The notes beneath the pieces were generated by a model. That model worked only from the letters and a program-made list of their open reading frames with translations, had not been told where the DNA came from and did not search any database. DNA of 64,000 nucleotides from Mustelus asterias (taxonomy: Eukaryota). Location of the stretch: the NCBI RefSeq assembly GCF_964213995.1, contig NW_027590119.1:2480001-2544000 (forward strand), given 5' to 3'. The translations under genes and the position numbers were made by a program. Below are positions 34,380 to 47,651 of this stretch, in pieces (position 1 is the stretch's first letter; each line of letters starts with the position of its first letter).

Positions 34380-36040
34380 AAACTCAAACCAAGGCAGGTG
34401 CCAAAGAAAAGCCAAGCAGGCTGCCTTAATGACTATCGTCTGGTGACTCTGACATTCAATATTATGAAATGCATTCAAAGGTTAGTAATGGCATGAATCA
34501 ATTCCAGCCTCCCAGATTGCCTGGATCCACTGCAGTTCACCTACCTCCACAACAGGCCCACAGACGCCATCTTCCTGGCCCTCGAGACTACCCTGTAACA
34601 CAGACTCGTGTTTATCGACGACAGCTCAGCCTTTAACACCATTATTCCAACGAAACTCGTGTACAAATTCTGTGACCTGGGGCTAGGCTCCTGCCTCTGC
34701 AATTTGACCCTGACAGACAGCAATAAATAAGGAGTGTCAAAACACCTCCTCCACAATCATCCTCAACGGCGGTGCCAAACAACAGTGTCCTCAGCCCCTT
34801 ACTATATTCCTTATACACCGATGACTGTGTGGCCAAATTCCCCTCCAACTTGATTTCCAAGTTGGCTGATGACACCACTGCAGTGGGTCGGATCTCAAGC
34901 AAAAATGAGATCGAAAACAGGGAAGAGATAGAGAATCTGGTGAACTGGTGCGCCCACAATGATCTCCTCCTCAATCTCAACAAAGCAAAGGACATAGTAA
35001 TCGACTTCAGGAAGCAGAGTGGGGTACATGTCCCTGTCTACAGCAATGGCATGAAGTTGAAATGGCTGAGAGCATCAAGTTTGTGATGGGTCCAGATCAC
35101 CAATAACCTGTCCTGGTCTCTCCATGACGATCCTCTCATTAAGGAAGCCTACCAACCCCTCTACTTTCTGAGAGATCTCAGGGCAATTGGCATGTCAGCT
35201 AAGATTCTCTCCAACTTTTAGAGATGCACCATAGAAAATATTCTTTCCGGTTGTATCACAGCTTGGTATGGCTCCTGCTCTGTCCAAGACCGCAAGAAAT
35301 TTCAAAGCTTCATGAATGGAGCCCAGTCCATCACTCAAACCACCAATTGACACTGTCGACACTTCCCGCTGCCTCGGAAAAGCAGCCAGCCTAATTAAGG
35401 ACCCTGCGCACCACGGAGATAACCTCTTCCAACTAGTTCCGTCGGAAACTGAGATGGAAAAGTCTGAGGACATTTACCAACTGACTCAGAATCATAGAGA
35501 CATTACACTGCAGAAGAAGGCCATTAGGCCCATTGAGTCTGCACCGACAACTATCCCACCTATGTCCTATCTCCTATGTCCCATCTGTACCCTGGTAATG
35601 TCTCTAACATACATATCCCGGGACCCTAATGGACAATTTAGCAGCGCCCATCAACATAACCTGCATATCTTTGGACTGTGGGTGGAAACCAGAGCATCCG
35701 GAGGAAACCCACGCAGACCTATGAAGAATGTACAAATTCCACAGAGTGATCCAAGCTGGGAATCGAACTCAGGTTCCTATGAGACAGCAATGCTAATCAT
35801 TGTGTCATCATGCTGCTAACTCAAGAACAGCTTCTTCGCTGTTGCCATCAGACGTTTGAATGGACCTACACCGCATTAAGATGATCTTTTTCTGCACCCT
35901 AGCTGTGACTGCAACATTCCATTCTGCACTCTCTCCTTCTCTATGTACGGTATGCTTTGTCTGTATAGCACTCAAGGAACAATATGTTTCACTATATACT
36001 AATACATGTGACAGTAATAAATCAAATCAATTCATATCAA
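34380..36040 (+). mobile_element. Rex1/Babar-type LINE (RT and 3' end), split by a V-SINE at ~35490-35815
   Basis: cttaatgactatcg (LNDYR), LDPLQF, DxSSAFNTIIP, VLSPLLYSLYTDDC, LADDTT; (ATCAA)n tail at 36020-36048. Confidence 0.85.
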
Positions 36041-36059
36041 ATCAAATCAGTCTTTCATA

Positions 36060-36290
36060 TCTCAAGCTGGAACATCAGCACGATGTGCCCTGGTCTTACC
36101 AATGGCCGTATGCAGGTTGATGATGTATACGGGACTGCTGTGATCGAGAGTAAAGTTACAAGGCTCAATGTGGACATTGGGGAGCTGCGAGAAACTGGAC
36201 TTGCTCAATGAGGATACTTTCCAAAAAACACGATACTCTCGTGTAACAAGCGAAATCCCATCAGGCAATACATGAGAATGGAGTTGGTTT
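36060..36290 (+). mobile_element. RTE-clade endonuclease N-terminal fragment
   Basis: ORF 35984-36211 ends SSWNISTMCPGL...TAVIESKVTRLNVDIGELRETGLA, a degenerate WN.RT...DI..LQET motif. Confidence 0.6.
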
Positions 36291-36439
36291 CAAAAAAATT
36301 TTTTAAAGCTTCACTCGTGATGATGGAATCCCGGGGATTGAACCGGGGTCTCTGATGGTGTGAGGCAGCAGTGCTGACCACTGTGACATAGTGCCATCCT
36401 ACAAGGTGCCCTGGAGACATCCAAGATCACGCCCAGGAC

Positions 36440-36940
36440 ATTATCATCACCATATCCTCGGTAGGGAAATGATTGGAAAACAATCTGAGGGACAGAATTC
36501 ATCTCCATTTCAAGAGGTAAGGATTTATGAACAATAGTCAGCATGACTTTGTCAGGGGGAGATCATGTCCAACAATTTGCTGGAATATCTTGAGGAGGTG
36601 ACTGGATGAGGAGATGAGCGAAGTGCAGTCGATGTCGCCTACGTGGACTTCAGAAAAGCTTTTGACTAATTCCATATGGGAGACTGAACAAGAAACTAAT
36701 AGCCGATGGGATCCAGGGCAATTTGGTAAATTACATTCAAAATTGGCTGAGTGGCAGGAGGCAGAGGGTGATGGTGGAAGGCTGCTTTTGTGACTGCAAG
36801 CCTGTGTCAAATGGGGTTCCACAGTTTGTAGTGTACATTGATGGTCGAGACATGAATGTGTGAGGTATGATCAGTACGTTCGGAGATGATTCAACAATTG
36901 GTGATGTGGTAAATATTGAGGAGGAAAGCCTTAGATTACA
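36440..36940 (+). mobile_element. Degenerate CR1 RT fragment
   Basis: SQHDFV, cagtcgatgtcgcctacgtggacttcagaaaagcttttgac, FGDDSTIG. Confidence 0.8.
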
Positions 36941-37112
36941 GGAATCATATAATCCAACAGTCCTGAAGGAAACTATTCGGCCCATCGAGTTTGAACCGCC
37001 CACAATCCCATCCAGGCCCTATCCCCATAACGGCATGCATTCACCCTAGTGAGTCTCTCTGCCACGAAGTGCTATTGAGCCTGGCCAATCTACCCAACCC
37101 ACACGTCTTTGG

Positions 37113-38208
37113 ATTGGATCCAAGGGGCTGCTGCCCTGTGGATCCAGAACTGGCTTGCCCAAAGGAGGCAGCGAGTGGGTATAGATGGGTCTTTTCCTAA
37201 ATGGAGGTCGGTCACCAGTGGTGTGCCCCAGAGATCTGTTCTGGGATCCTTGCTGTTTGTCATTTTCATAAATGACCAGGATGAGGAAGTGGTAGGATGG
37301 GTTGGTAAGTTTGCAGATGACACGAATGTTGGTGGGGTTGTGGATAGTCTGGAGGGATGTCAGAAGTTACAGAGGGACATAGATAGGATGCAAGACTGGG
37401 CGGAGAAGTGGCAGATAGACTTCAACCCAGATAAATGCGTAGAGGTCCATTTAGGCAGCTCAAATGTGATGAAGGAGTATAATATAAAGGGAAAGACTCT
37501 TGGTACGGTAGAGAATCAGAAGGACCTTGGGGTCGGGGTCCATGGGACTCTAAAATCGGCCGCGCAGGTGGAGGAGGTGGTTAAGAAGGCGCACGGTGTG
37601 CTGGCCTTTATCAATCGAGGGATTGCGTTTAGGAGTCCGGGGATAATGATGCCGCTATATAAGATCCTCGTCAGACCCCACATGGAGTACTGTGCTCAGT
37701 TCTGGTCGCCTCATTACAGGAAGGATGTGGAAAAGATTGAAAGGGTGCAGAGGAAATTTACAAGGACGCTGCCTGGATTGAGTGGCATGCCTTATGAGGA
37801 TAGGCTGAGGGAGCTCGGTCTTTTGTCCTTGGAGAGACATAGGATGAGAGGAGACCTAATAGAGGCATATGAGATGTTGAGAGGCATAGATGGGCTGGAC
37901 TCTCAGAGGCTTTTTCCCAGGGTGGAAATGGCTGCAACGAGAGGACACAAGTTTAAGGTGCTGGGGAGGGTAGGTACAGGGGAAATGTTAGGGGGAAGGT
38001 TTTCACACAGAGGGTGGTGGGCGAGTGGAATCGGCTGCCGTCAGTAGTGGTGGAGGCAAACTCAATAGGGTCTTTTAAGATACTCCTGGATGAGTACATG
38101 GGACGTAATAGGATGGAGGGTTATAGGTAGGCCTAAAATGTAGGGATATGTTCGGCACAACTTGTGGGGCCGAAGGGCCTGTTTTGTGCTGTAGTTTTTC
38201 TATGTTTC
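37113..38208 (+). mobile_element. CR1 LINE 3' portion
   Basis: ORF 37109-38047 (GVPQ, FADDT, LVRPHMEYCAQFWSP); tttctatg tail. Confidence 0.93.
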
Positions 38209-38211
38209 TAC

Positions 38212-38348
38212 GAAACCGGAACAGCTGGAGGAAACCACGCAGACACGGGGAAAAGTGCAAACTCCACACAGACAGTGACCCAAGCCAGGAATCGAACACG
38301 CGTCCCTGGCGCTGTGTGGCAGCAGTGCTCACCACTGTGCCACCGTGC
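38212..38348 (-). mobile_element. V-SINE fragment
   Basis: ggaggaaaccacgcagacacgggg...cagcagtgctcaccactgtgccaccgtgcc. Confidence 0.85.
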
Positions 38349-38364
38349 CGAGGAAACGGAAAGA

Positions 38365-38785
38365 CTGGTCAGATGGGTAAATGAAATTTAAAACTGAAAA
38401 ATGTGAGGCGATGCATTTTGGAATGACTAAGAGGGCAAGGAAATGCACAATGAACAGTAGAGTGTGAGGAAATGCAGAGGACTACAACGAATTTGGACTG
38501 CATATATGAGGATCCCTGAAGGCAGCAAGACTGGTAGATGAGGTGCTTAAGACAACATGGAGGACACTTGCATTTAGTAGCCGCAGCATAGAGTGTAAGA
38601 GCTGGGAGGTTGTGATGGAAGTGAGTAAAATGCTGGTTAGACCAGAGCAAGAGGACTGTGTACAGCTCTGGTCATCACACTGCAGGAAGGATGTAATTGC
38701 TCTTTAGACGGTGGAGTGGAGATTCACCAGGATGCTGCCTGGGCTGGAGACTTTCAGCTACGAAGAGAGGCTGGTTAGGCTCGGT
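38365..38785 (+). mobile_element. Old CR1 fragment running into the satellite
   Basis: RFTRMLPGLETFSYEERL in ORF 38711-39205. Confidence 0.75.
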
Positions 38786-38787
38786 AT

Positions 38788-40647
38788 GTTACCGCTGTGC
38801 ATGCAGAGAGGCAGCGAGGCCCAGCTCCCTAACCCACTGTGCATGCAGAGAGGCAGCGAGGCCCACCTCCCTAACCCACTATGCATGCAGAGAAGCAGCG
38901 AGCACACCCTCACTACCCCATCGTGCATGCAGAGAGGCGGCGATACCCCCTCCCTAAACCACTGTGCATGCAGTGAGGAAGCGAGGCTCCCTCCCTACCC
39001 CAAAGTGCATGCAGAGTGGCAGCAAGGACCCCCTCCCTACCCCACTGTGCACGCAGAGAGGCAGCGAGAACCGCGCCCGATCCCACTGTGCATGCAGAGA
39101 GGCAGCGAGACCCTCACCCTACCCCACTGTCCATGCAGAGACGCAGCGAGGCCCCCCTCGCTACCCCACTCTGCATGCAGAGAGGCAGTGAGACCCCCTC
39201 CCTAACCCAATGTGCATGCAGAGAGGCATCAAGACTCCCTCCCTAATCCACTCTGCATGCAGAAGGACAGCGAGACCCCCTTTCCCAACCCACTGTTCAT
39301 GCAAAGAGGCCGTGAGAACCACTCCCTCCCACACTGTGCATGCAGAGAAGCAGCGAGACCCCCTCCGTAACTAAATGTGCATGCAGAGAGGCATCATGAC
39401 CCCCCTCCCTAATCCACTCTGCATGCAGAGAGGCAGCGAGGCCCCCTCCCTATACCACTGTCCATGCAGAGAGGCAGCAAGACCCCCTGCCCCACTATGC
39501 ATGAAGAAAGGCAGCGAAACCCCGTCCCTACCCCAGTGTGCATGTAGAGAGGCGGCGAGGCCCCCCTCCCTAACCCAGTGTGCATGCAGAGGAGCAGCGA
39601 CACCCCTCCCTACCCCACTGTGCATGTAGAGAGGCAGCGAGACACCCCTCCCTAACACACTGTTCATGCAGAGCGGCAGCGTGAACCGCTCCCTCCCCCA
39701 CTGTGCATGCAGAAAGGCAGCGAGACCCCCTCACTACCCCACTGTGCATGCAGAGAGGCAGTGAGTCCCGCCTCCCCAACGCACTGTGCATGCACAGTGG
39801 CTGCGAGACCGCCCTTCCCTACCCCACTGTGCATGCAAAGAGGCAGCTAAACCCCTCTCCCTACGCCAGTGGGCATGCAGAGAGGCAGCGATACACCCCT
39901 CCCTACCACACTGTCCATGCAGAGAGGCAGCAAGACTCCCTCCCTACCCCACTGTGAATGCAGAGAGGCAGCGAGGCCCCCTCCCTACCCCACATTGCAT
40001 GCAGAGAGGCAGCGATAACCCCTCCCTACCCCACTCTCCATGCAGAGAGGCAGCGAGGCCCCCTCCCTACCCCACATTGCATGCAGAGAGGCACTGAATC
40101 CCCCCTTCCCTACCCACCGTGCATGCACAGATGCAGCGAGGCGCCCGCCCTAACCCACTGTCCATGTAGAGAGCCATCGAGGCCCCCTCCCTACACCACT
40201 GTGCATCCAGTGAGGCAGTGAGACCCCTCTCTTCCCCACGGTGCATGCACAGAGGCAGCGACGCCCCCTCCCTATACCACTGTGCATGCAGAGAGGAAGC
40301 GAGATCCCACTCCCTAACTCACTGTGCATGCAGAAAGGCAGCGAGACCCCCTCCCTACCCCAGTGTGCATGCAGAGAGGCAGCGAGGCCCCCCTCCCTAC
40401 GCCACTCTGCACGCAGAGAGGCAGCGATACCCCCTCCCTAACCCACTGTGCATGCGGAGATGCAGCGAGGCCCCCTCCCCACCCCAATCTGCATCCAGAG
40501 AGGCATCGAGACTCCCTCCCTAACCCAATGTGCATGCAAAGAGGCATGGAGACCCCTTCCCTACCACACTGTGCATGCACAAAGGCAGCGAGACCTCCCT
40601 CCCTAACCCACTGTTCATGCAAAGAGGCCGTGAGATCCCCTCCCTAT
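38788..40647. repeat. 41-bp satellite, block 1
   Basis: Unit CCCCACTGTGCATGCAGAGAGGCAGCGAGACCCCCTCCCTA; about 45 copies. Confidence 0.97.
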
Positions 40648-42858
40648 AAGAACATAAGAAATAGGAGCAGGAGTAGGCCATCTGGCCCTTCGAGCCTGCT
40701 CCGCCATTCAACAAGATCATGGCTGATCTGAAGCGAATCAGTTCCACTTACCCGCCTGCTCCCCATAACCACTAATTCCCTTATCGATCAGAAAACTATC
40801 TACCCGTGATTTAAACATATTCAACGAGGAAGCCTCCACCACTTCAATGGGCAGAGAATTCCAGAGATTCACTACCCTCTGAGAGAAGTTCCCCCTCAAC
40901 TCTGTTCTGAACCGGCCCCCCCTTATTTTGAGGCTGTGCCCTCTAGTTCTGATTTCCCTTCTAAGTGGAAAGAATCTCTCCACCTCTACCCTAACCAGCC
41001 CCTTTATTATCTTATATGTCTCTATAAGATCACCCCTCATCCTTCTAAACTCCAACGAGTACAGACCCAATCTGTTTAATCTCTTCTCATAAGCCACACC
41101 CCTCATCTCCGGTATCAACCTGGTGAACCTTCTCTGCACTCCCTCCAAGGCCAATATATCCTTTCGCAAATAAGGGGACCAAAACTGCACACAGTACTCC
41201 AGTTGCGCCTCACCAGTGCCTTGTACAGTTGCAGCAAGACCTCCCTGCTTTTATATTCTATCCCCCTCGCGATAAAGACCAACATTCCATTCGCCTTCTT
41301 GATCACCTGCTGCACCTGCAGACTGAGTTTTTGCGATTCGTGCACAAGGACCCCCAGGTCCCTCTGCACAGTCGCACGATGTAATTTTTATCCATTTAAA
41401 TAATATTCCAATTTACTATTATTTCTTTCAAAGTGGATAACCTCACATTTGCTAACGTTATATTCCATCTGACAGATCCTCGCCCACCCGCTCAGCCTAT
41501 CCAAATCTCTCTGCAGACTTTGCGTGTCCTCCACGCAATTCGCTTTCCCACTCACCTTCGTGTCATCAGCAAACTTGAATACCCTACATTCAGTCCCCTC
41601 CTCCAGATCATCTATGTAAATGGTAAACAATTGAGGTCCCAGCACCGATCCCTGTGGCACGCCACTGGGGTCACCAACTGCCAACCAGAAAAGCACCCAT
41701 TTATCCCAACTCTCTGCTTCCTGTTAGATAGCCAATCCCCAATCCACGCCAACACCTTACCCCGAACTCCGTGTACCCCACTCTTCTGCAGCAACCTTTT
41801 GTGAAGCACCTTATCGAACGCCTTCTGGAAATCTAAAAACACCACATCCCAGGTTCCCCTCTGTCAACCGCACGAGTGACATCTTCATAAAAGTCCAGTA
41901 GATTCGTCAAACACGACTTTCCCTTCATGAATCCATGCTGCGTCTGCTTGATCGAACCATTCTTATTCAGGTGTTCTGTTATTTCCTCTTTAATAATGGA
42001 CTCTAGCATCTTCCCAACTACGGACGTTAAGCTAACCGGCCTGTAGTTACCCGCCTTTTGTCTACTTCCTTTTTTAAACAGCGGCGTAACAGTAGCTGTT
42101 TTCCAGTCAGCCGGCACTACCCCAGAGTCCAGCGAATTTTGATAAATTACTACTAACGCATCTGCTATTACCTCAGCCATTTCTTTCAGTACCCTGGGAT
42201 GCATTCGATCCGGGCCCGGGGACTTGTCTACCTTCAGTCCTATTAGTCTACCAAGCACCACCTCCACAGAACAGTAATTGTATTAAGGACCTCCCCTCCC
42301 ACCAACTCTCGATTTCTAATATTCGGCAAACTATTTGTGTCTTCCACCGTGAAGACCGACACAAAGAACTTATTTAAAGTCTCAGCCATTTCCTCGTTTT
42401 CCACTATTAAATCCCCACTCTCATCTTCCAAGGGTCCAACATTCACTCTAGCCACTCTATTCCTTTTTATATACTTGTAAAAACTTTTACTATCATTTTT
42501 TATATTTTGAGCTAGTTTAGTTTCATAATCTATCTTTCCTTTCTGAATCGCTTTCTTAGTCGTTCTTTGTTTTTCTTTAAAGCTTTCCCAATCCACTAAT
42601 TCTCCACTATTTTTGGCCACTCTGTACGCATCTGATTTTATTTTAATACTCTCCTTTATTTCCTTCGTTATCCACGTCCGGTTATCCTTTTTCTTACAGT
42701 CCTTCTTTATCACCGGAATATATTTTTGCTGAGTACTTAAAAAAATATCCTTAAAAATCCTCCACTGTTCCTCAGCTGTCCTACCTACCAGTCTGCTCGC
42801 CCAGTCTAAATTAGCCAATTCCACCCTCATCCTATCGTACTCCCCTCTGTTCAAGCAA
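40648..42858 (-). mobile_element. CR1 LINE inserted in the satellite
   Basis: RT ORF fragments 40738-42858; (AAGAACAT)n tail; 8-bp TSD ctccctat at 40640-40647 and 42859-42866. Confidence 0.95.
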
Positions 42859-45800
42859 CTCCCTATCCCACTGTGCATGCAGAGAGGCAGCGAGGACCGC
42901 CTCCCTGAACCACTGTGCATACAGATTGGCAGCGAGGCCCCCCTTTCTAACCCACTGTGCATGCAAAGTGGCAGTGAGACATCCTCCTTAACCCACTGTG
43001 CATGCAGAGAGGAAATAAAGCCCCCTCCGTACCCTACTGTGCATGCAGAGAGGCAACGAGGACCCCTCCCTATCCCACTGTGCATGCAGAGAGGAAGCAA
43101 GGCCCCCTTCCCTACCCCACTGTGCATGTAGAGAGACAGTGAGACGCCCTCCCGAACCCACTGTGCATGCAGAGAGGCAGCGAAGGCCCCTCCTTACTCC
43201 ACACAGCGTGCAGAGAGGCAGCGAGACACCCTCCCTCACCCACTGTGCATGCTTAGAGGCAGCGAGACACACACCCTGACCCACTGTGCATGCAGAGACG
43301 CAGCGACGCGCTCTCCCTACACCACTGTGCATGTAGCGAGGCAGCGAGACCCGCTTCCCTAACCCACTGTTCATGCAGAGAGGCAGCGAGAACCGCTCCC
43401 TCTCTCACTGTGCATGCACAGAGGCAGCGAGGCCCCTTCCCTACCCCACTGTGCATGCAGAGAGGCAGCGAGGCCGCCTCACTACCCCACTGTGGATGCA
43501 GAGAGGCACCGAAACCCCCCTTCCCTACTCCACTGTGCATGCACAGATGCAGCGAGATGCCCTCCCGAACCCACTGTGCCTGCAGAGAGGCAGCGAGACC
43601 CCACCGTACCCCACTTGCCTGCAGAGTGGCAGCGAGACCCCCTTCCGAACCTAATTTGCATGCAGAGAGGCAGTGCGCCCCCATCCCTGCCCCACCATGC
43701 ATGAAGAGAGGCAGCGAGGACACCTCCCTAACCCACTGTGCATGCAGCGAGGCAGCGAGACACCCTCCCTATCCCACTGTGCATGCAGAGAGGCAGTGAG
43801 ACCCGCCTCCCTAACCCACTGTGCATGCACAGTGGCTGCGAGACCACCCTTCCCTACCCCACTGTACATGCAGAGAGGCAGCTAAACCCATCTCCCTGCT
43901 CCACTGGTCATGCAGAGAGGCAGTGATACACCCCTCCCTACCCCACTGTGCATGCAGAGAGCCATCGAGGCCCCCTCCCTACACCACTGTGCATCCAGAG
44001 AGGCAGTGCGACTCATCTCGTCCCCGCTGTACATGCACAGAGGCAGCGTGGCCCCTTCCCTATACCACTGTGCATGCAGAGAGGAAGCGAGATCCCGCTC
44101 CCTAACCCACTGTGCATGCATATAGGCAGCAACACCCCCCTGTCCCACTGTGCAGCAAAAGGCAGCGAGACCCCCTCCCTACCCCAGTGTGCATGCAGAG
44201 AGGCAGCGAGGCCCCCCTCCCTACGCCACTCTGCGTGCCGAGATGCAGCGAGGCCCCCTCCCTACCCCAATCTGCATGCAGAGAGGCATGAAGACCCCCT
44301 CCCTAACCCAATGTGCATGCAAAGAGGCATCGAGACCCCTTCCCTACCACACTGTGCATGCAGAAAGGCAGCGAGACCTCCCTCCGTAACCCACTGTTCA
44401 TGCAAAGAGGCCGCGAGATTCCCTCCCTATCCCACTGTGCATACAGATTGGCAGCGAGGCCCCCCTTCCTAACCCACTGTGCATGCATTTTGGCGGCGAG
44501 ACCCCCTCCCGAACCCACTGTGCATGCAGAGAGGTAACGGAGCCCCCTCTATGCCCTATTGTGCATGCAGAGAGGCAACGAGGACCCCTCCCTATCCCAC
44601 TGTGAATGCAGAGAGGAAGCAAGGCCCCCTTCCCTAACCCACTGTGCATGTAGAGAGGCAGCGAGACGCCCTCCCGAACCCACTGTGCATGCAGAGAGGC
44701 AGCGAAGCCCCCTCCTTATTCCACACAGCGTGCAGAGAGGCAGCGAGACACCCTTTTTAACCCACGGTGCGTGCTTAAAGGCAGCGAGACACACTCCCTG
44801 ACCCAATGTGCATGCAGAGACGCAGTGATGCCCCTTCCCTACACCACTGTGCATGTAGCCAGGAAGCGAGACCCCCCTCCCTAACCAACTGTTCATGCAG
44901 AGAGGCAGCGAGAACCGCTCCCTCTCTCACTGTGCATGCACAGAGGCAGCGAGGCCCCCTCCCTACCCCACTGTGCATGCAGAGAGGCACCGAGACCCCC
45001 CTTCCCTACCCCACTGTGCATGCACAAATGCAGCGAGGCGCCCTCCCGAACCCACTGTGCATGCACAGAGGCAGCGAGGCCCCACTCCCGACCCCACTGT
45101 GCATGCAGAGAGGCAGCGAGACACCACCGTACCCCACTTGCCTGTAGAGTGGCAGCGAGACCCCCTCCCGACCCCAATTTGCATGCAGAGAGACAGTGCG
45201 GCCCCGTCCCTGCCCCAGCTTGCAAGCAGAGAGGCAGCGAGGCCCTATCCCTACCCCACTGTACATGCAAAGAGGCAGCGAGACTCCCTCCCTAACTCAC
45301 TGTGCATGTAGAGAGGCAGCGAGCCTCCCTCCCTAACCCACTGCGCTGCAGATAGGCAGCGAGAACCGCTCCCTAACCCACTGTGCATGCAGAGAGGGAA
45401 CGAAGCCCCCTCCGTACCCTACTGTGCATGCAGAGAGGCAGCGAGGACCCCTCCCTATCCCACTGTGCATGCAGGGAGGAAGCAAGGCCCCCTTCCCTAC
45501 CCCACTGTGCAAGTAGAGGCAGCGAGACGCCCTCCCGAACCCACTGTGCATACAGAGAGGCAGAGAAGCCCCCTCCTTACTCCAGACAGCGTGCAGAGAG
45601 GCAGCGAGACCCCCTCCCTCACCCACCGTGTATGCACAGAGGCAGCGAGACACCCTCCTTGACCTACAGTGCATGCAGAGACGCTGCAACGCCCCATCCC
45701 AACACCACTGTGCATGTAGCGAGGCAGCGAGACGCCCCTCCCTAACCCACTGTTCATGCAGAGAGGCAGCGAGAACCGCTCCCTCCCCCACCGTGCATGC

Positions 45801-46936
45801 ACAGAGGCAGTGAGGCCCCCTCCCTACCCCACTGTGCATGCAGAGAGGCAGCGATACCCCCTCACTACCGCACTGTGAATGCAGAGTGGCACCGAGGCCC
45901 CCCTTCCCTACTGCAATGTACATGCGCAGATGCAGCGAGGCGCCCTCCCGCACCCACTGTGCATGCAGAGAGGCAGCGAGGCCCCCCTCCCTACCCCACT
46001 GTGCATGCAGAGAGGCAGCGAGACCCCGCCGTACCTCACTTGCCTGCAGAGTGGCAGCGAGACCCCCTCCCTCCCCCAATTTGCATGCAGAGAGGCAGTG
46101 CGGCCCCATCCCTACCCATTGTGCATGCAGAGAGGCAGCGAGGCCCCATCCCTACCCCACTGTGCACGCAAAGAGGCAGCGAGGCTCCCTCCCTAACCCA
46201 CTGTACATGCAGAGAGGAAGCGAGCCTCCCTCCCTAACCCACTGCGCATGCAGAGAGGCAGCGAGACTCCCTCCCTAACCCACTGTGCATGTAGAGAGGT
46301 AGCGAAGCCCCCTCCATACCCTACTGTCAATGCAGAGCGGCAGCAAGGACCCCTCCCTATCCCACTGTGCATGCAGAGAGGAAGCAAGGCCCCATTCCCT
46401 ACCACACGGTGCATGTAGAGAGGCAGCGATACGCCCTACCGAACCCACTGTGCATGCAGAGAGGCAGCGAAGCCCCCTCCTCACTCTAAACAGCGTGCAG
46501 AGAGGCAGCGAGACGCCCTCCCGAACCCACTGTGCATGCACAGAGGCAGCGAGACAATCTCCCTACCCCACTGTGCATGCAGAGAAGCAGCGACGCCTCC
46601 TCCCTCCCCCACTGTTCATGCAGAGACCCCCTCCTATCCCACTGTGAATGCACAGAGGCAGCGAGACCCTTTCCATAACCCACTGTGCGTACAGAGAGGC
46701 AGCGAGGCCCCCTTCCTGCCCCACTGTGCATGCAGAGAGGCAGCTAGGTCCCCTCCCTAACCCAATTTCCAAGCGGCGAGGCAGCGAGACACCCTCCCTC
46801 CCCCACTGTGCACGCAGAGAGGCAACGGGACCCCCTCCCTAACCCACTGTGGATGCAGAGAGGCCGCGAGACCTACTCCCCACCCCACTGTGCATGAAGA
46901 GAGGCAGCGAGACCCCTTCCCTACCCCACTGTGCAT
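42859..46936. repeat. 41-bp satellite, block 2 (higher-order structure)
   Basis: About 99 copies; diagnostic variant monomers recur at ~43190, 44711, 45571 and 46471. Confidence 0.97.
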
Positions 46937-47651
46937 AGAACATGGAACATAGAACATAGAACATTGCAGCGCAGTACACGCTCTTCAGCGCTCGATGTTG
47001 CACCGAACAGTGAAAACAATCTAAAGCCCATTTAACATACACTATTCCAATATCATCCATATGTTTATGCAATGACCATTTAAATGCCATTAATGTTGGC
47101 GAGTCCACTACTGCTGCAGGCAGGCCATTCCACTCCCTTACTCCTCTCTGAGGGAAGAACCTACCTCTGACATCTGTCCTATATCTATCACCCCTCAATT
47201 TAAAGTGATGTCCCCTCGTGCTAGCTATCACCATCCGAGGAAAAGGCTCTCACTAAGCACCCGATCTAATCCTCTGATCATCTTGTATGCCTCTATTAAG
47301 TTACCTCTCAACCTTCCACTCTCTGACGAAAACAACCTCAAGTCCTTCAGCCTTTCCTCATAAGACCTTCCCACCATACCAGGCACAATGCTGGCAAATC
47401 TCCTCTGCACCCTTTCCAATGCTTCCACATCCTTCCCATAATGCGGCGACCAGAACTGGACGCAATACTCCAAGTGCGGCCGCACCAGAGTTTTGTACAG
47501 CTGAAACATTACGTCATGGCTCTGGAACTCAATTCTTCTACCAATAAAATCTAACACTCCGTGTGCCTTCTTAACAACCCGATCAACCTGGGTGCCAACT
47601 TTCAGGGATCTATGCACACGGGCACCGAGATCTCTCTGTTCATCCACACTA

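Noticed and set aside
38788-46936. CRISPR-like regular periodicity
   Set aside because: Monomers are head-to-tail with no unique spacers, there are no cas genes, and the DNA is vertebrate.
38697-46957. Dozens of overlapping Cys/His/Pro-rich ORFs (HCACREAARPP, PLCMQRGSE) that resemble metal-binding repeat proteins
   Set aside because: They are translations of the 41-bp satellite in all frames on both strands; 41 is not a multiple of 3 and no frame is conserved.
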